Assembly: GCA_030693205.1 (NCBI GenBank)
Contig: JAUYBG010000010.1
Coordinates: forward strand, 66,059 to 130,058
Direction of reading: 5' to 3'
DNA: 64,000 bases
From: a bacterium
GTDB lineage: Bacteria; Patescibacteriota; Minisyncoccia; JAHIHE01
Shown here: piece by piece, positions 47,811 to 57,703 of the stretch
Numbering within the stretch: position 1 is the first letter of the stretch
Layout of the letters: each line of letters opens with the position of its first letter
The notes under the pieces: generated by a model
Told to the model about the DNA's origin: nothing
What the model saw: the letters and a program-made list of their open reading frames with translations, nothing else
Database searches by the model: none
Translations under genes and position numbers: made by a program

Positions 47811-48869
47811 TTAGCTCCCGATGACTTGGCGGATAAAATCCTTAAACTCATCAACTCCGATAAAAATATTGCCGGCCCTGTCTTTTTCATTAATAATATT
47901 TATTCCAATCATTTTGCCTTTATTGTCAACCAAAGGACCGCTGCCAAAATACGCGTCGGACGGATTATTGTCTATGCTGATTATTCCATTGGCGCCACGC
48001 TCGGAAATAATTCCGGAAAAAACATTATTTCCCAAAGCGACAACCCTTTCCCCGACTTCCGCGTTTATCGAATCGCCCAACGCCACCACCGGCAAATTCT
48101 TCGCTTTAATTTTTAAAATTACCATATTGCCTTTTACTGTTCCACCGACAGCCTTGTCAACCGCGTCGTAAAAAGTGATGTTTTCCGAACCGGAAACCGT
48201 AAATTCTTTTCCGCCATAACTTACCGTATAATTCACTTCGGTAAAATCGTTTTTGGCCAAATCGATCTTAAAATTCTCGGGATCCCGCGTCAAAATCAAA
48301 CCATCGCTCGTAATAATAACTCCGTTAAAGTTTCGGTTTTCAATGCTTGTTTTCGGCTTTACGCCGGCTTTTATTTTGGCAGCTGAAAGTTTTTCTCGAA
48401 ATACGTAATTTGCCGTGATCTTAACCACCGATGGGCTCACTTTTCTGATGCTTTCCAAAATAGCCGAATCATCGGAAATTATTACATTGTTTGTTTGATT
48501 GATAATACTGGTGCGGTCGTTAACAGATTTGAAAAAAGCATAATTATTAAACGGCGCTTGCGCTGCCAACTTCGGCATTATTGATTGTTCCATCCAGACC
48601 CCGCCGGCTCCGCCAAGAAAAAAAATCAATAAAAAGAACGCCAGCTGATTCAATCTTTTTATCAGTCCTTGCGGCTTATATTGATTATCGGTCGGGATAA
48701 AGATCGGATTATTCGCCCCTCGGTTGTTTCCAACCAAAAACTCTTCCATTTTTTTATCTCTGTCTTCTTCTCCGGTGTTCTGTCCGAATTCTTCGCTCTT
48801 AACTGAAGTTATTTTTATATCGTTTGTATCTTTCACCCCGTTAGAAAATTTCTGTTTTTGAATATCCAT
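47811..48869 (-). CDS. Membrane-anchored trypsin-like serine protease (S1, HtrA-like, no PDZ)
   Basis: N-terminal TM. FGSGPLVDNKGKMIGINI resembles the GNSGGPL catalytic-Ser region. Confidence 0.45.
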   Translation of the reverse strand: MDIQKQKFSNGVKDTNDIKITSVKSEEFGQNTGEEDRDKKMEEFLVGNNRGANNPIFIPTDNQYKPQGLIKRLNQLAFFLLIFFLGGAGGVWMEQSIMPKLAAQAPFNNYAFFKSVNDRTSIINQTNNVIISDDSAILESIRKVSPSVVKITANYVFREKLSAAKIKAGVKPKTSIENRNFNGVIITSDGLILTRDPENFKIDLAKNDFTEVNYTVSYGGKEFTVSGSENITFYDAVDKAVGGTVKGNMVILKIKAKNLPVVALGDSINAEVGERVVALGNNVFSGIISERGANGIISIDNNPSDAYFGSGPLVDNKGKMIGINIINEKDRAGNIFIGVDEFKDFIRQVIGS

Positions 48870-48934
48870 AATAATTTATATGCTTAAATTTGATTATTCT
48901 AATCTTTGTTAAAAAATATAATTTCTAACGGGGT

Positions 48935-49735
48935 TCATAGAGGAAGCCATTTGGTATAATTAAAAATTATAATTATTATTAATGCTGCGAATGCCAATTC
49001 GGCTATCACATATTTTTTTTCAAACCGGCCAAAAAGATATTCTTTCAAAACAGATATGATCGTATAGTAAATTATAGTGATTATAAACGCCGCTGTCAAA
49101 TAACCAAAAGGCCAAAAACCCACTATCCAGCTTATCTGACCGATAACCAATCCGCTCGTCCAGGCATAAAGCAAAAATTCTTGATTAAGATCGGCCTTGT
49201 CTGAAATAGAATAGACTTTTAAAACAAAAGAGGACAAAAAGAAAGTAATGGAAAAAATCACCAGCAGCGTAATATAAAAAGGCAGGCCCAAGACCGAATA
49301 AATAATAAAAGCATCGGTATACCAAATAAAAGCGACCAAAAAAAGAAGCGCTAAAATCAAGTTTCTTGCGAACTCGTATTTTTTAATAAAATCCTGCGAA
49401 TCTTCTCCGGTAATATTCGGCAATATTTTATACAGCGAAGAAAAATAATTACTGACGCAAAAAGCAATAAAAAAAACTCCGCCGGTGACAAATAAAAATC
49501 CCTTGCCGATAATTTCGCCTGGCGTCAGATAGAAAAATAAAAACCATCCGATAATAAAAAGAAAAGGCAGCCGCGCCAAAGTAAAGCTTTGCCCCCCGAC
49601 GCTCAAAGACAGGAAAAAGCTCGCTCCCAAAAACAATACCCCGATAAAAAAATCGGAAATATTGGTTATCAATAAGAGTTCAATGATCGCCACAAGCAAA
49701 ACCGAGAAAAAAATATTTTTGATAATATAATTCAT
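48935..49735 (-). CDS. Polytopic membrane protein, function unknown
   Basis: Seven or more hydrophobic helices. Confidence 0.35.
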   Translation of the reverse strand: MNYIIKNIFFSVLLVAIIELLLITNISDFFIGVLFLGASFFLSLSVGGQSFTLARLPFLFIIGWFLFFYLTPGEIIGKGFLFVTGGVFFIAFCVSNYFSSLYKILPNITGEDSQDFIKKYEFARNLILALLFLVAFIWYTDAFIIYSVLGLPFYITLLVIFSITFFLSSFVLKVYSISDKADLNQEFLLYAWTSGLVIGQISWIVGFWPFGYLTAAFIITIIYYTIISVLKEYLFGRFEKKYVIAELAFAALIIIIIFNYTKWLPL

Positions 49736-49823
49736 TGCTAAAAGATTTTGATGTTTGTCTTAAAACCCTTCAAAAAACTCGGTATAACATTAAATTGTCA
49801 TGGTGAGCCTGTCGAACCATATT

Positions 49824-50117
49824 TCATTTTACTGCTTCTTTATTAAAATTACCCAATCCTCCTAAAATCAGTAATAATCCCCCGATTACATAAGACCATT
49901 TTTTAAGGATTGGCGGATCATACGTTATATATTTTATTCGGTAATAGATATAGCCAGATGCCACTATAAAAACTAAACCAAGAGGCCAAACAGGAGAAAC
50001 CAACATAACAATACCCATAATTCCCCAAAAAATGATTAAAATTTTGAGAAAAGAACGCCCAATTCCCATAGTAGCTATTTTTTCTTTCTCAAGTTGCTTT
50101 TGCAAGAAATTTTTCAT
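49824..50117 (-). CDS. Small membrane protein
   Basis: Three TM helices. Confidence 0.3.
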   Translation of the reverse strand: MKNFLQKQLEKEKIATMGIGRSFLKILIIFWGIMGIVMLVSPVWPLGLVFIVASGYIYYRIKYITYDPPILKKWSYVIGGLLLILGGLGNFNKEAVK

Positions 50118-50230
50118 ATTTTTTACATTTTTAAATTAATTAATATTATGAATATTCCAATTTTATTTCTTCTTCCTATGCCCCCCAATCGCCTCGTGCA
50201 GAGCTTCAACGGAGAGATAAAACATTTCAC

Positions 50231-51280
50231 CTATTTATTAGACTCATTTTTTGCCCTATCGACCATAAACTTTACCGCTTCATTCATATTTTCTTCCTCA
50301 AGTTTGATATCCGGATGTTTTTGCTTAAATACTCTGAATATCTCATCGGCAAATGCCTGACCAACCATAGGTACCTTATCAAAATCAAATAAGATAACTT
50401 TAAATTTTTCCAAGCCTGACAAAATTCGGCGCGCCTGCGAACGAGAAACATGAATGCCGCCAACAACATAAAGCTTAACTCGTATTTCTGTTTTATCAAA
50501 TCCATGATCGCTACCATTGCCAATATTAGTATATTCTTTAAAAATATCATTCAAATGTCGGCTTGAAGCTATGTTTATCTTAAAAATAACTCCAGTGCCT
50601 TTTTTAATTTTCTTTACTTTTTGGACAAATACATCGGGAAGCTTATTATTAAAAATCAATCTATAACCGTAACTATCTAAAATAAATTCATCGGCTGACC
50701 TCGAAGTGAAAAAAATTCCTTCGCCGGAATGCGACTTGGGCATAGTGGTTGTTTTACCTTTTAAAATATCTTGTATTGCTTCAAGCTCTGAATTTAAATG
50801 TTTTTTTTGCATCACGCTTCTCCAAACCCCCATACCTGAATCTTTCACCATAAAAGACAAAACGCCATCGCGAATCAAAACTTCTACTGTAATAATCTTA
50901 GATCGTGAATGTTCAATCGCATTATTCAACATTTCAGAAAAAGCATAAGTAAAAATGCTTCGCACGTTTTCCGGCAACTTAGAAAGCAGAGGCGATTTTT
51001 TTTCAACTTCATCCAGAACTTTGTGCTCTTCCAACGATACATTTTTAAATGATTTTATAAAGCGCACAGGAAAAATCTCTTGGTGTTTTTGGGCATATTC
51101 GGGCAATACATAAAAAGCCTTTCTGGTCGAACCGATCTTTATAAGTTTATTTTTCGATACGAGCAAACCTATGATGCTATTCACATATTGCCTGGAAACG
51201 CCAAAAGAAGCGGTTATATCCTTGCTTACCACTTTTCCCTTTGTTTTCGCTATTTCCAAGATCTTTTCTCCTGTTAACAT
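50231..51280 (-). CDS. Regulator with N-terminal wHTH, a GHKL (HATPase_c) ATPase domain and a C-terminal DUF4325/STAS-like domain
   Basis: N-box EMLNNAIEHS and G1 box DSGMGV. The C-terminal VILFDFDKVPMVGQAFADEIF is typical of DUF4325. Confidence 0.5.
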   Translation of the reverse strand: MLTGEKILEIAKTKGKVVSKDITASFGVSRQYVNSIIGLLVSKNKLIKIGSTRKAFYVLPEYAQKHQEIFPVRFIKSFKNVSLEEHKVLDEVEKKSPLLSKLPENVRSIFTYAFSEMLNNAIEHSRSKIITVEVLIRDGVLSFMVKDSGMGVWRSVMQKKHLNSELEAIQDILKGKTTTMPKSHSGEGIFFTSRSADEFILDSYGYRLIFNNKLPDVFVQKVKKIKKGTGVIFKINIASSRHLNDIFKEYTNIGNGSDHGFDKTEIRVKLYVVGGIHVSRSQARRILSGLEKFKVILFDFDKVPMVGQAFADEIFRVFKQKHPDIKLEEENMNEAVKFMVDRAKNESNK

Positions 51281-51328
51281 ATTTTAATTCAACTGATTGT
51301 AAACTAATTATAAACCAATAATATTTAA

Positions 51329-51384
51329 TTGTCAAGTGATTGACAAGTGACCTAGAAACAATTGTCAAGTGATTGACAAGTGAC
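51329..51384. promoter_or_regulatory. Tandem palindromic operator (2x TTGTCAA-gtga-TTGACAA-gtgac) overlapping -35-like TTGACA boxes, upstream of the HTH-GHKL-DUF4325 gene
   Basis: Two copies of ttgtcaagtgattgacaagtgac, 33 bp apart. Confidence 0.45.
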
Positions 51385-51440
51385 ATTTACCCAATAAAAA
51401 ACATGGAAACTCAGTCTCCATGTTAGTAAAAAACTCTTTG

Positions 51441-51860
51441 TTATTTCTTCTTCCTGTATTCCTCTATCGCCTTATGCAGAGCTTCGGCAGCCAGATTTGA
51501 GCAATGCATCTTGATCGGCGGCAAACTGCCAAGCTCATCCGCCACTTGCATTCTCGTGATCTTCATTGCGTCTTCCAAAGTTTTTCCCATAGCCAATTCA
51601 GTCACCATTGAAGAAGTGGCGATCGCGGCCGCGCAACCAAGAGTTTCAAATTTGATGTCTTTGATAAACTCTTCGGTTTTGCTTGCTTCGACTCGTACTC
51701 GAGGCGAGCCGGCTACCTTTCTTTTCCCGATCTTAAGATAAATTGTCATTAAATCCCCGCAAACGGGATTTCCCGCCTCGCCCGCCGCGTCCGGGTTTTT
51801 CATTTTCCCAATATTACGAGGGTGGGTAAAATGATCGATGACTTTTGATGAATAAACCAT
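51441..51860 (-). CDS. iscU: Fe-S cluster assembly scaffold (IscU/NifU-like)
   Basis: GNPVCGD, ETLGCAAAIA and MHCSNLAAEAL give the three conserved Cys and the LPPVK-like motif. Confidence 0.85.
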   Translation of the reverse strand: MVYSSKVIDHFTHPRNIGKMKNPDAAGEAGNPVCGDLMTIYLKIGKRKVAGSPRVRVEASKTEEFIKDIKFETLGCAAAIATSSMVTELAMGKTLEDAMKITRMQVADELGSLPPIKMHCSNLAAEALHKAIEEYRKKK

Positions 51861-52002
51861 AGGTTTAACAAATTTTCAATTTACAATTCTCAATTTTCAA
51901 TCAAATCCCAATGAATCAATTTTCAAACATTCAATTAAAATTGAAAATTAAAACATTGAAAATTCATTGTAAATTGGTACTTGATGCTTGAAAATTAAAT
52001 TA

Positions 52003-53880
52003 TTACTTCTTCATTATCTCAATAAATACGCTTTGCGGGATTTCCACGCGACCCATCGCTTTCATTTTTTTCTTGCCTTTCTTTTGCTTTTCAAGTAATT
52101 TGTTCTTTCTAGTCACATCTCCGCCGTAAAGTTTTTTGGTCACATCTTTCCGGTAAGGACTGATCGTTTCGCGCGCGATGATCTTTCCTCCGATCGCCGC
52201 CTGGATCGGAATGACGAATTGCGAACGAGGAATTGCTTCTTTTAATTTTGCCGCCATGGCGCGGCCGATCTCCATCGCCGATTTTTCCACGACAATCCTC
52301 GAAAATGCCTCAACCTTGTCTCCTCCTACCAGTATATCCAAGCGCACCAGATCGCCTCTGCGCCAACCGATAATGTCGTAGCTCATGGAAGCAAAACCGG
52401 AACTGACTGATTTTAAATTATCGTGAAGATCAGTGATGATATTGGCCAGAGGAGCTTCATACTGGATGATCACATGAGCATCGTTGATATAATCGGTTTT
52501 TATATAAATGCCGCGGATAGATTCCATTAAGGTCATTACTTTCCCAATATAATCCGCCGGTGTGATCACGTCAACTTTCGCCCACGGCTCATGCATTTCG
52601 GCGATCACTTCGGGCAGCGGCAAATGGCTCGCGGAAAAGATCTCTTCCAGCTCGCCCTTCTCGCTATTCCTTCTCTTTATTTTATAAATTACGCTTGGCG
52701 CTGTCAAGATGAAATTAATATTGTATTCCCGCTTGATGCGCTCCGCCATAATTTCCAAATGTAACAATCCCAAAAACCCGCAACGAAAGCCTTTTCCCAG
52801 CACCGAGGAACTTTCCGGCTCAAAAGTAAAAGCAGCATCGGTCAATTTTAACTTGCTCAGCGCTTCCCGCAAATAAAAATAGTCATCACCTTCGGCCGGA
52901 TAAAAACTGGCATAAACTACCGGTTTGGGCTCATGATAACCCGGCAACGGCTCGATTGTCTGATTGTTTTGAATATCTTGATCTTCCTTTTCTTCCTTAT
53001 GTTTTCCGCTCTCCGCTTTCAAACTTGTGATCGTATCGCCGGCCCGGCACTTTTCGATCGCTTTCAACCCCGTCGCGATCCAACCAATTTCTCCGCTGGT
53101 CAAATTATCTTTCTTTTTTAATTCCGGAATAAAAATCCCGGTTTCCAAAACATCGCCCTTAGCGCCTGACGCCATCAAATAAACAGAATCTTCAGCGCGA
53201 ACAACCCCGTCAACAATTTTTACGTAAGCAATCACGCCTTTGAAGGTGTCGTAATATGAATCAAAGATCAGCGCGCGCAAAGGCTTGTCGTCATTATTCT
53301 TTGGCGAGGGTATTTCCCGGATAACCGTTTCCAGCACCTTATCCACTCCCATACCGCTTTTGGCGGAAATTTTCAAGATCGAATCGCTCTCGCAACCTAA
53401 TAATTTTACTATGTCTTTTTCCACCTGCTCCACGTTCGCCGTCGGCAGGTCAACTTTATTGATCACCGGAATAATCACCAAGTCTTGTTCCATGGCTAAA
53501 TATAAATTCGATAAAGTCTGCGCCTGAATTCCCTGTGTCGCGTCTACTAAAAGTATCGCGCCTTCCACGGCTGCCAAACTTCTTGAAACCTCATAATTGA
53601 AATCCACATGGCCTGGAGTATCAATCAGATCCAAAATATATTCCGTGCCGTTCAAAGAGTAATTCATCCTGACCGGCTGAAGTTTAATCGTAATCCCGCG
53701 CTCTTTCTCCAGATCCATGCTATCCAAATACTGTTCGGACATTTTTCTTTTATCAACTGTTCCGGTAATTTCCAATAACCGATCGGCCAAGGTCGATTTT
53801 CCATGGTCTATATGGGCCACAATTGAAAAGTTCCTAATGTTATTTTTTACTTCTGTCATATAAGTTTTGTAAACACTCAT
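52003..53880 (-). CDS. lepA: Elongation factor 4
   Basis: G-domain NFSIVAHIDHGKSTLADRLL and the LepA-specific C-terminal domain. Confidence 0.9.
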   Translation of the reverse strand: MSVYKTYMTEVKNNIRNFSIVAHIDHGKSTLADRLLEITGTVDKRKMSEQYLDSMDLEKERGITIKLQPVRMNYSLNGTEYILDLIDTPGHVDFNYEVSRSLAAVEGAILLVDATQGIQAQTLSNLYLAMEQDLVIIPVINKVDLPTANVEQVEKDIVKLLGCESDSILKISAKSGMGVDKVLETVIREIPSPKNNDDKPLRALIFDSYYDTFKGVIAYVKIVDGVVRAEDSVYLMASGAKGDVLETGIFIPELKKKDNLTSGEIGWIATGLKAIEKCRAGDTITSLKAESGKHKEEKEDQDIQNNQTIEPLPGYHEPKPVVYASFYPAEGDDYFYLREALSKLKLTDAAFTFEPESSSVLGKGFRCGFLGLLHLEIMAERIKREYNINFILTAPSVIYKIKRRNSEKGELEEIFSASHLPLPEVIAEMHEPWAKVDVITPADYIGKVMTLMESIRGIYIKTDYINDAHVIIQYEAPLANIITDLHDNLKSVSSGFASMSYDIIGWRRGDLVRLDILVGGDKVEAFSRIVVEKSAMEIGRAMAAKLKEAIPRSQFVIPIQAAIGGKIIARETISPYRKDVTKKLYGGDVTRKNKLLEKQKKGKKKMKAMGRVEIPQSVFIEIMKK

Positions 53881-54673
53881 TTAGATTTCTTAATCTTTTT
53901 TTGTGTTTTAAGTATTTTTTAACTATATTTAATAAAATTATCAAAGATTCCTGCTTGCTTACCCTAATTCTCCAAAGATCTTTATTGTATTTATAACCAA
54001 AGATTTTATTATAAATTTGATTTTTTACCGCTATTCTGCTTGGCGCCGGACAATAAATTTTATTTTTTATAAACCAATCATAAAACCAAAAAATTATATT
54101 TTTATCATAACTATCTATTTTCAACCTCGCTCTACCGTCATAAACGCCAATATTACCTTCGGCATCAATATAGCCAGCGGCAAAAGCTGTAGAATAATTA
54201 TTATCTTGAGAAATCCAATCTTCAACCAAGTCTACCTTGGGCAATAAAAAATTAAAACTTTCATTTAAAAAACAATTTATATGATAAGATTTATTTTTTT
54301 TGTTTTCTGCGATGCTAACTTGTCCGTATTGGCAAAAAAGCGCCTTCATAATTTCAACCTGATCAATATTCGTAGTATGGCACCGAACAATTACCACCTC
54401 AGACAAATTTGTTGTTTTGTAAACATTTAAATCTCCTAATCTAAACCCAACGATATAGGCTTTTTCCTCGTTAGTGCCGGAAAAATTTTTCTTCTCATAT
54501 TTACTCTGTATAATAGACCTCGATAATGGTTCCATTCCATATTCTCTCATTCTATTCAATACGGTTTTAAAACTACAATTATATATATCCCCAATTTTAT
54601 ACTTGGATTTTTTTTCTTTATAATACAAGTTCTCTAGCTCTTTTTTGGAAATTATAATTTTTTTTCTACTCAT
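53840..54673 (-). CDS. Free-standing LAGLIDADG-like homing endonuclease homolog (two motifs) with an N-terminal HTH
   Basis: YIVGFRLGDLNVY and AAGYIDAEGNIGV resemble the two LAGLIDADG motifs. It overlaps the lepA start by 41 nt. Confidence 0.5.
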   Translation of the reverse strand: MSRKKIIISKKELENLYYKEKKSKYKIGDIYNCSFKTVLNRMREYGMEPLSRSIIQSKYEKKNFSGTNEEKAYIVGFRLGDLNVYKTTNLSEVVIVRCHTTNIDQVEIMKALFCQYGQVSIAENKKNKSYHINCFLNESFNFLLPKVDLVEDWISQDNNYSTAFAAGYIDAEGNIGVYDGRARLKIDSYDKNIIFWFYDWFIKNKIYCPAPSRIAVKNQIYNKIFGYKYNKDLWRIRVSKQESLIILLNIVKKYLKHKKRLRNLNECLQNLYDRSKK

Positions 54674-54880
54674 ATTAAATTAATATAGCATAAATGTTTA
54701 AAATGTGCAACCATGCAAACCTACTATTGTTTTTACAGCTTTTGTGTTTTAAATTTGTAAAAACGCTTGGAATTTGATATTATAATTAAAAGTTGAAACC
54801 AGAAAGTTCGTATAATAATTGTTATCCAAGTATCGCTTCGATCACTAGCTAAACAAAATTATTAATTTAATTATTTTTTT

Positions 54881-55630
54881 ATGTCACAAATTACATGGTA
54901 CGAACCACTAGAAAAGATCACCCCTTTTGTATTTAAAATTAAAACGCCCAGCGGAATAGGCACAGGATTTCAAATTTCTTATATTGAAAGGAATGGATTT
55001 TGCGGGATTGCCACTGCTGACCACGTTATCGCTCATGAACATGAATAGGAAGAACCAATAAAAATTATCCATCACCAATCGGGTAAATCGCTACTTCTTA
55101 AAAGTTCCGACAGAGTAGTTTGGCGTTATCCAGACAAAGACCTTGCTTTCATTCTATTTCAAAAAAAGAGTTTGCCAATCTTACCTAAGCCCTTATCGCT
55201 AATTAGCAAAGGTCATACAGTGAAGCAAGGGGTAGAAGTAGGCTGGTGCGGATTTCCATCAGTAGCAATTGATCAGCTGTGTTTTTTTGCTGGCTACATT
55301 AGTTGTCCAATTCGACAAGAAGAATCTTATTTAGTAGACGGGGTTGCAATAAATGGTGTTAGTGGAGGACCGGCTTTTTATATTGATCCTCTAACCAAAG
55401 AACCCAAATTTTTTGGGGTCATATCTGCGTATCGCGCCAATAGAGCGACTGGTGAAGCTTTACCTGGATTATGTATAGTAAGATCTGTTAACTCTTACCA
55501 ATCCACACTCGAACAGATAAATTCTATTGAAGAAGCGAAACGCAAAGAAGAGGAAGAAAAGAAAAAGTTGGAAGAAGAAGCGAAACGCAAAGAAGAGGAA
55601 GAAAAGAAAAATAAATCCGTAAAAATATAA
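54881..55630 (+). pseudogene. Trypsin-like serine protease gene interrupted by an in-frame TAG at 55046-55048; the 3' end carries a 2x42-bp tandem repeat
   Basis: ...ATADHVIAHEHE-TAG-EEPIKI... is in frame with GVSGGPAFYIDP (the GDSGGP-like Ser). Tandem repeat at 55529-55612 (EEAKRKEEEEKKKL x2). Confidence 0.45.
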
Positions 55631-55905
55631 CATAACAAAAAAATAATTAAATTATTAATTCTATCTTGCCCTTTGGATTACGATACCTGAGATCTCTCGT
55701 TCACATTTAATACAGAACGAGCAACTTTACTTTTCCTTTCGATGGTTGCCCTTCACTCATACTAATTCTTCTTGCCAACATGTCGGCCGCAATATCAAAT
55801 ACACGCAAATATTATCTAAAAACATAAATTTAATCAATACAAAAAACCGCCTTCACCGGCGTTTTTTTTTGCCCAAGCGCACAATAGCAATTTTTAATAT
55901 TTTGG

Positions 55906-57546
55906 CTATATTTTTCCGCTTCCTCCATCCACTTCCGACGCGCTAACGGTAAAAATATTAACCAAGCGCCTTTTGACCGCACGGACAAACAGCGAAAGTT
56001 CGCGAACCTGGAAAATCCAGGCAAAAAACGAAAAAGCCAGCGCCAGAGCTGCAAAGCCGGCCGTTAAACGAATCGCCAGCGCCAAACTGTTCATTTTATA
56101 AAAATCGCCCGGGAATAAACTCGTCAAAAACCAAACCGCGGCTCCGCCCAAGGCGCTGGCAACAAAAATTTTGCCAAACGATTTCACAACACGCGCTTCG
56201 TCCAAGTAATTTATTTTTCTTCTCAAGAAAAAATACAGCATAAAAAAATTAACAATATTCATCAACGAAAAAGCGATCGCAAGCCCCACCACGCCGAAAC
56301 CGGAATAAAAAACAAACCAAGTCGCCGCCCCGACATTCGCCGCCAAGCCGAACAAGCTGGTGTAGAAAGGGGTTTTTGTGTCGCCCAGCGCCCAAAAAGT
56401 TCTCACTACTTGCGAGACCAAAGATTGCGCCGCGAGCCCCAAAGCCAGAAAAACCAAACTGGTTTCCGTGGTCGCATAATCGATATCTGCTCTTCTCCCG
56501 ATAAAATGGACGATCTCGGATCTAAAAATAACAAGAAATGCCGTTGCCGGAATTATAAAAAAAATAATTTCCCTCATCGTGCGGGAAAAAACAGCGGTAA
56601 ATTTTTCTTTCTCGCCATTGGCCAAAAAAGCGGAGAGCGCGGGAAAAGCCGCGACTGAAAAAGATATTCCAATAAGGCCGAAAAATATATTATGGATATT
56701 GCCGGCAAGATAAAAAATAGACAGGCTTCCTGAAGCCAAAAATGAAGCAAAGATCGTAATAATAAAAAAATTTATCTGATTCACGCCCAAGCTCAAGGTT
56801 CTGGGCAGCATTATCCTGAAAATCCGCCGGACATCCGGGTTTTTCCAGTTAAAAGAAATTTTGTATTTATATCCGAGAGAAATTAAAACCGGAAGCTGCA
56901 CTAAAAAATGCAATATTGATCCCAGTATCACTCCCAGCGCTACGCCATAAATTCCCATTGATTTCGCAAAAAAAACCGCTCCAATGATTATTCCCGCATT
57001 ATAGACGACCGGCGCGAAAGCAAACATCATAAATCTTTTGCTGGATTGCAAAGCCGCGCCAACAACACTACTGATAGTAAGAAATATCGGACTTAAAAGC
57101 ATAATTCTCGTAAGCGCCAAAGTAGTTGCGAATTTTTCTCCGCTCCATCCCGGAACAATAAATTTCAAAAGAACCGGAGCGAATACCGCCAAAAGAAAAC
57201 TGCCCAGAATCACGCTAAATAAAAATATATTCATCACGTCATTGATCGTCTTCCAGGCAAGAGCGTCTTCCTTCCTGTAAAAATATTTGGAAAGTATCGG
57301 CACAAAACTGGCCGACAAAGCTCCGATTATCAAAAGATTGAATATCGTGTCGGGGATCCTGAAAGCGGCGTAATATATATCCAATTGATCTCCCGTGCCA
57401 AAAGTGCCGAATAAAATGCGATCCCGCACCAAACCTAAAAACTTGCTGGCTAAAGAAAAAAAACCGAGGACAATCGCCGCAGAAGCCAGGCTATCGATTT
57501 GATTGAAAAATATTTTTTTTAATATGTTCATTTTATATAAATACAA
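55906..57546 (-). CDS. murJ: Lipid II flippase MurJ (MviN)
   Basis: 14-TM MOP-family pattern, with the N-terminus SKFLGLVRDRILFGTFG... Confidence 0.85.
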   Translation of the reverse strand: MYLYKMNILKKIFFNQIDSLASAAIVLGFFSLASKFLGLVRDRILFGTFGTGDQLDIYYAAFRIPDTIFNLLIIGALSASFVPILSKYFYRKEDALAWKTINDVMNIFLFSVILGSFLLAVFAPVLLKFIVPGWSGEKFATTLALTRIMLLSPIFLTISSVVGAALQSSKRFMMFAFAPVVYNAGIIIGAVFFAKSMGIYGVALGVILGSILHFLVQLPVLISLGYKYKISFNWKNPDVRRIFRIMLPRTLSLGVNQINFFIITIFASFLASGSLSIFYLAGNIHNIFFGLIGISFSVAAFPALSAFLANGEKEKFTAVFSRTMREIIFFIIPATAFLVIFRSEIVHFIGRRADIDYATTETSLVFLALGLAAQSLVSQVVRTFWALGDTKTPFYTSLFGLAANVGAATWFVFYSGFGVVGLAIAFSLMNIVNFFMLYFFLRRKINYLDEARVVKSFGKIFVASALGGAAVWFLTSLFPGDFYKMNSLALAIRLTAGFAALALAFSFFAWIFQVRELSLFVRAVKRRLVNIFTVSASEVDGGSGKI

Positions 57547-57564
57547 TTACGGCACATATTGAAA

Positions 57565-57680
57565 GCGAAGCCAATTTATTTTTGATTGTACAAGGGGATT
57601 CAGGGGTTCCCCTATACTCGCCTCGATTCGTCGAGTCGAAGCGGGCAAGAAAAAATAATTGGCGAGCTTTGCCAAAAAAA
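57565..57680. repeat. IR-bounded repeat, family C, copy 2 (with an internal palindromic insertion)
   Basis: Shares ccaatttatttttgattgtacaagggg.ttcaggggttcccctatac and the terminal attggcgagctttgccaaa with copy 1. Confidence 0.65.
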
Positions 57681-57703
57681 GATTCAAAATCCTTATTAAT
57701 AAA

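Noticed and set aside
51881-51990. Low-complexity caatt/ttcaa-rich tract between iscU and lepA; a possible array
   Set aside because: No regular repeat-spacer periodicity and no constant repeat unit. It looks like an AT-rich intergenic region with short degenerate motifs, not a CRISPR array.
55529-55612. Tandem 42-bp repeats as a possible CRISPR or VNTR locus
   Set aside because: Only two units, located inside a coding frame (the EEAKRKEEEEKK duplication). This is a simple tandem duplication, not an array.
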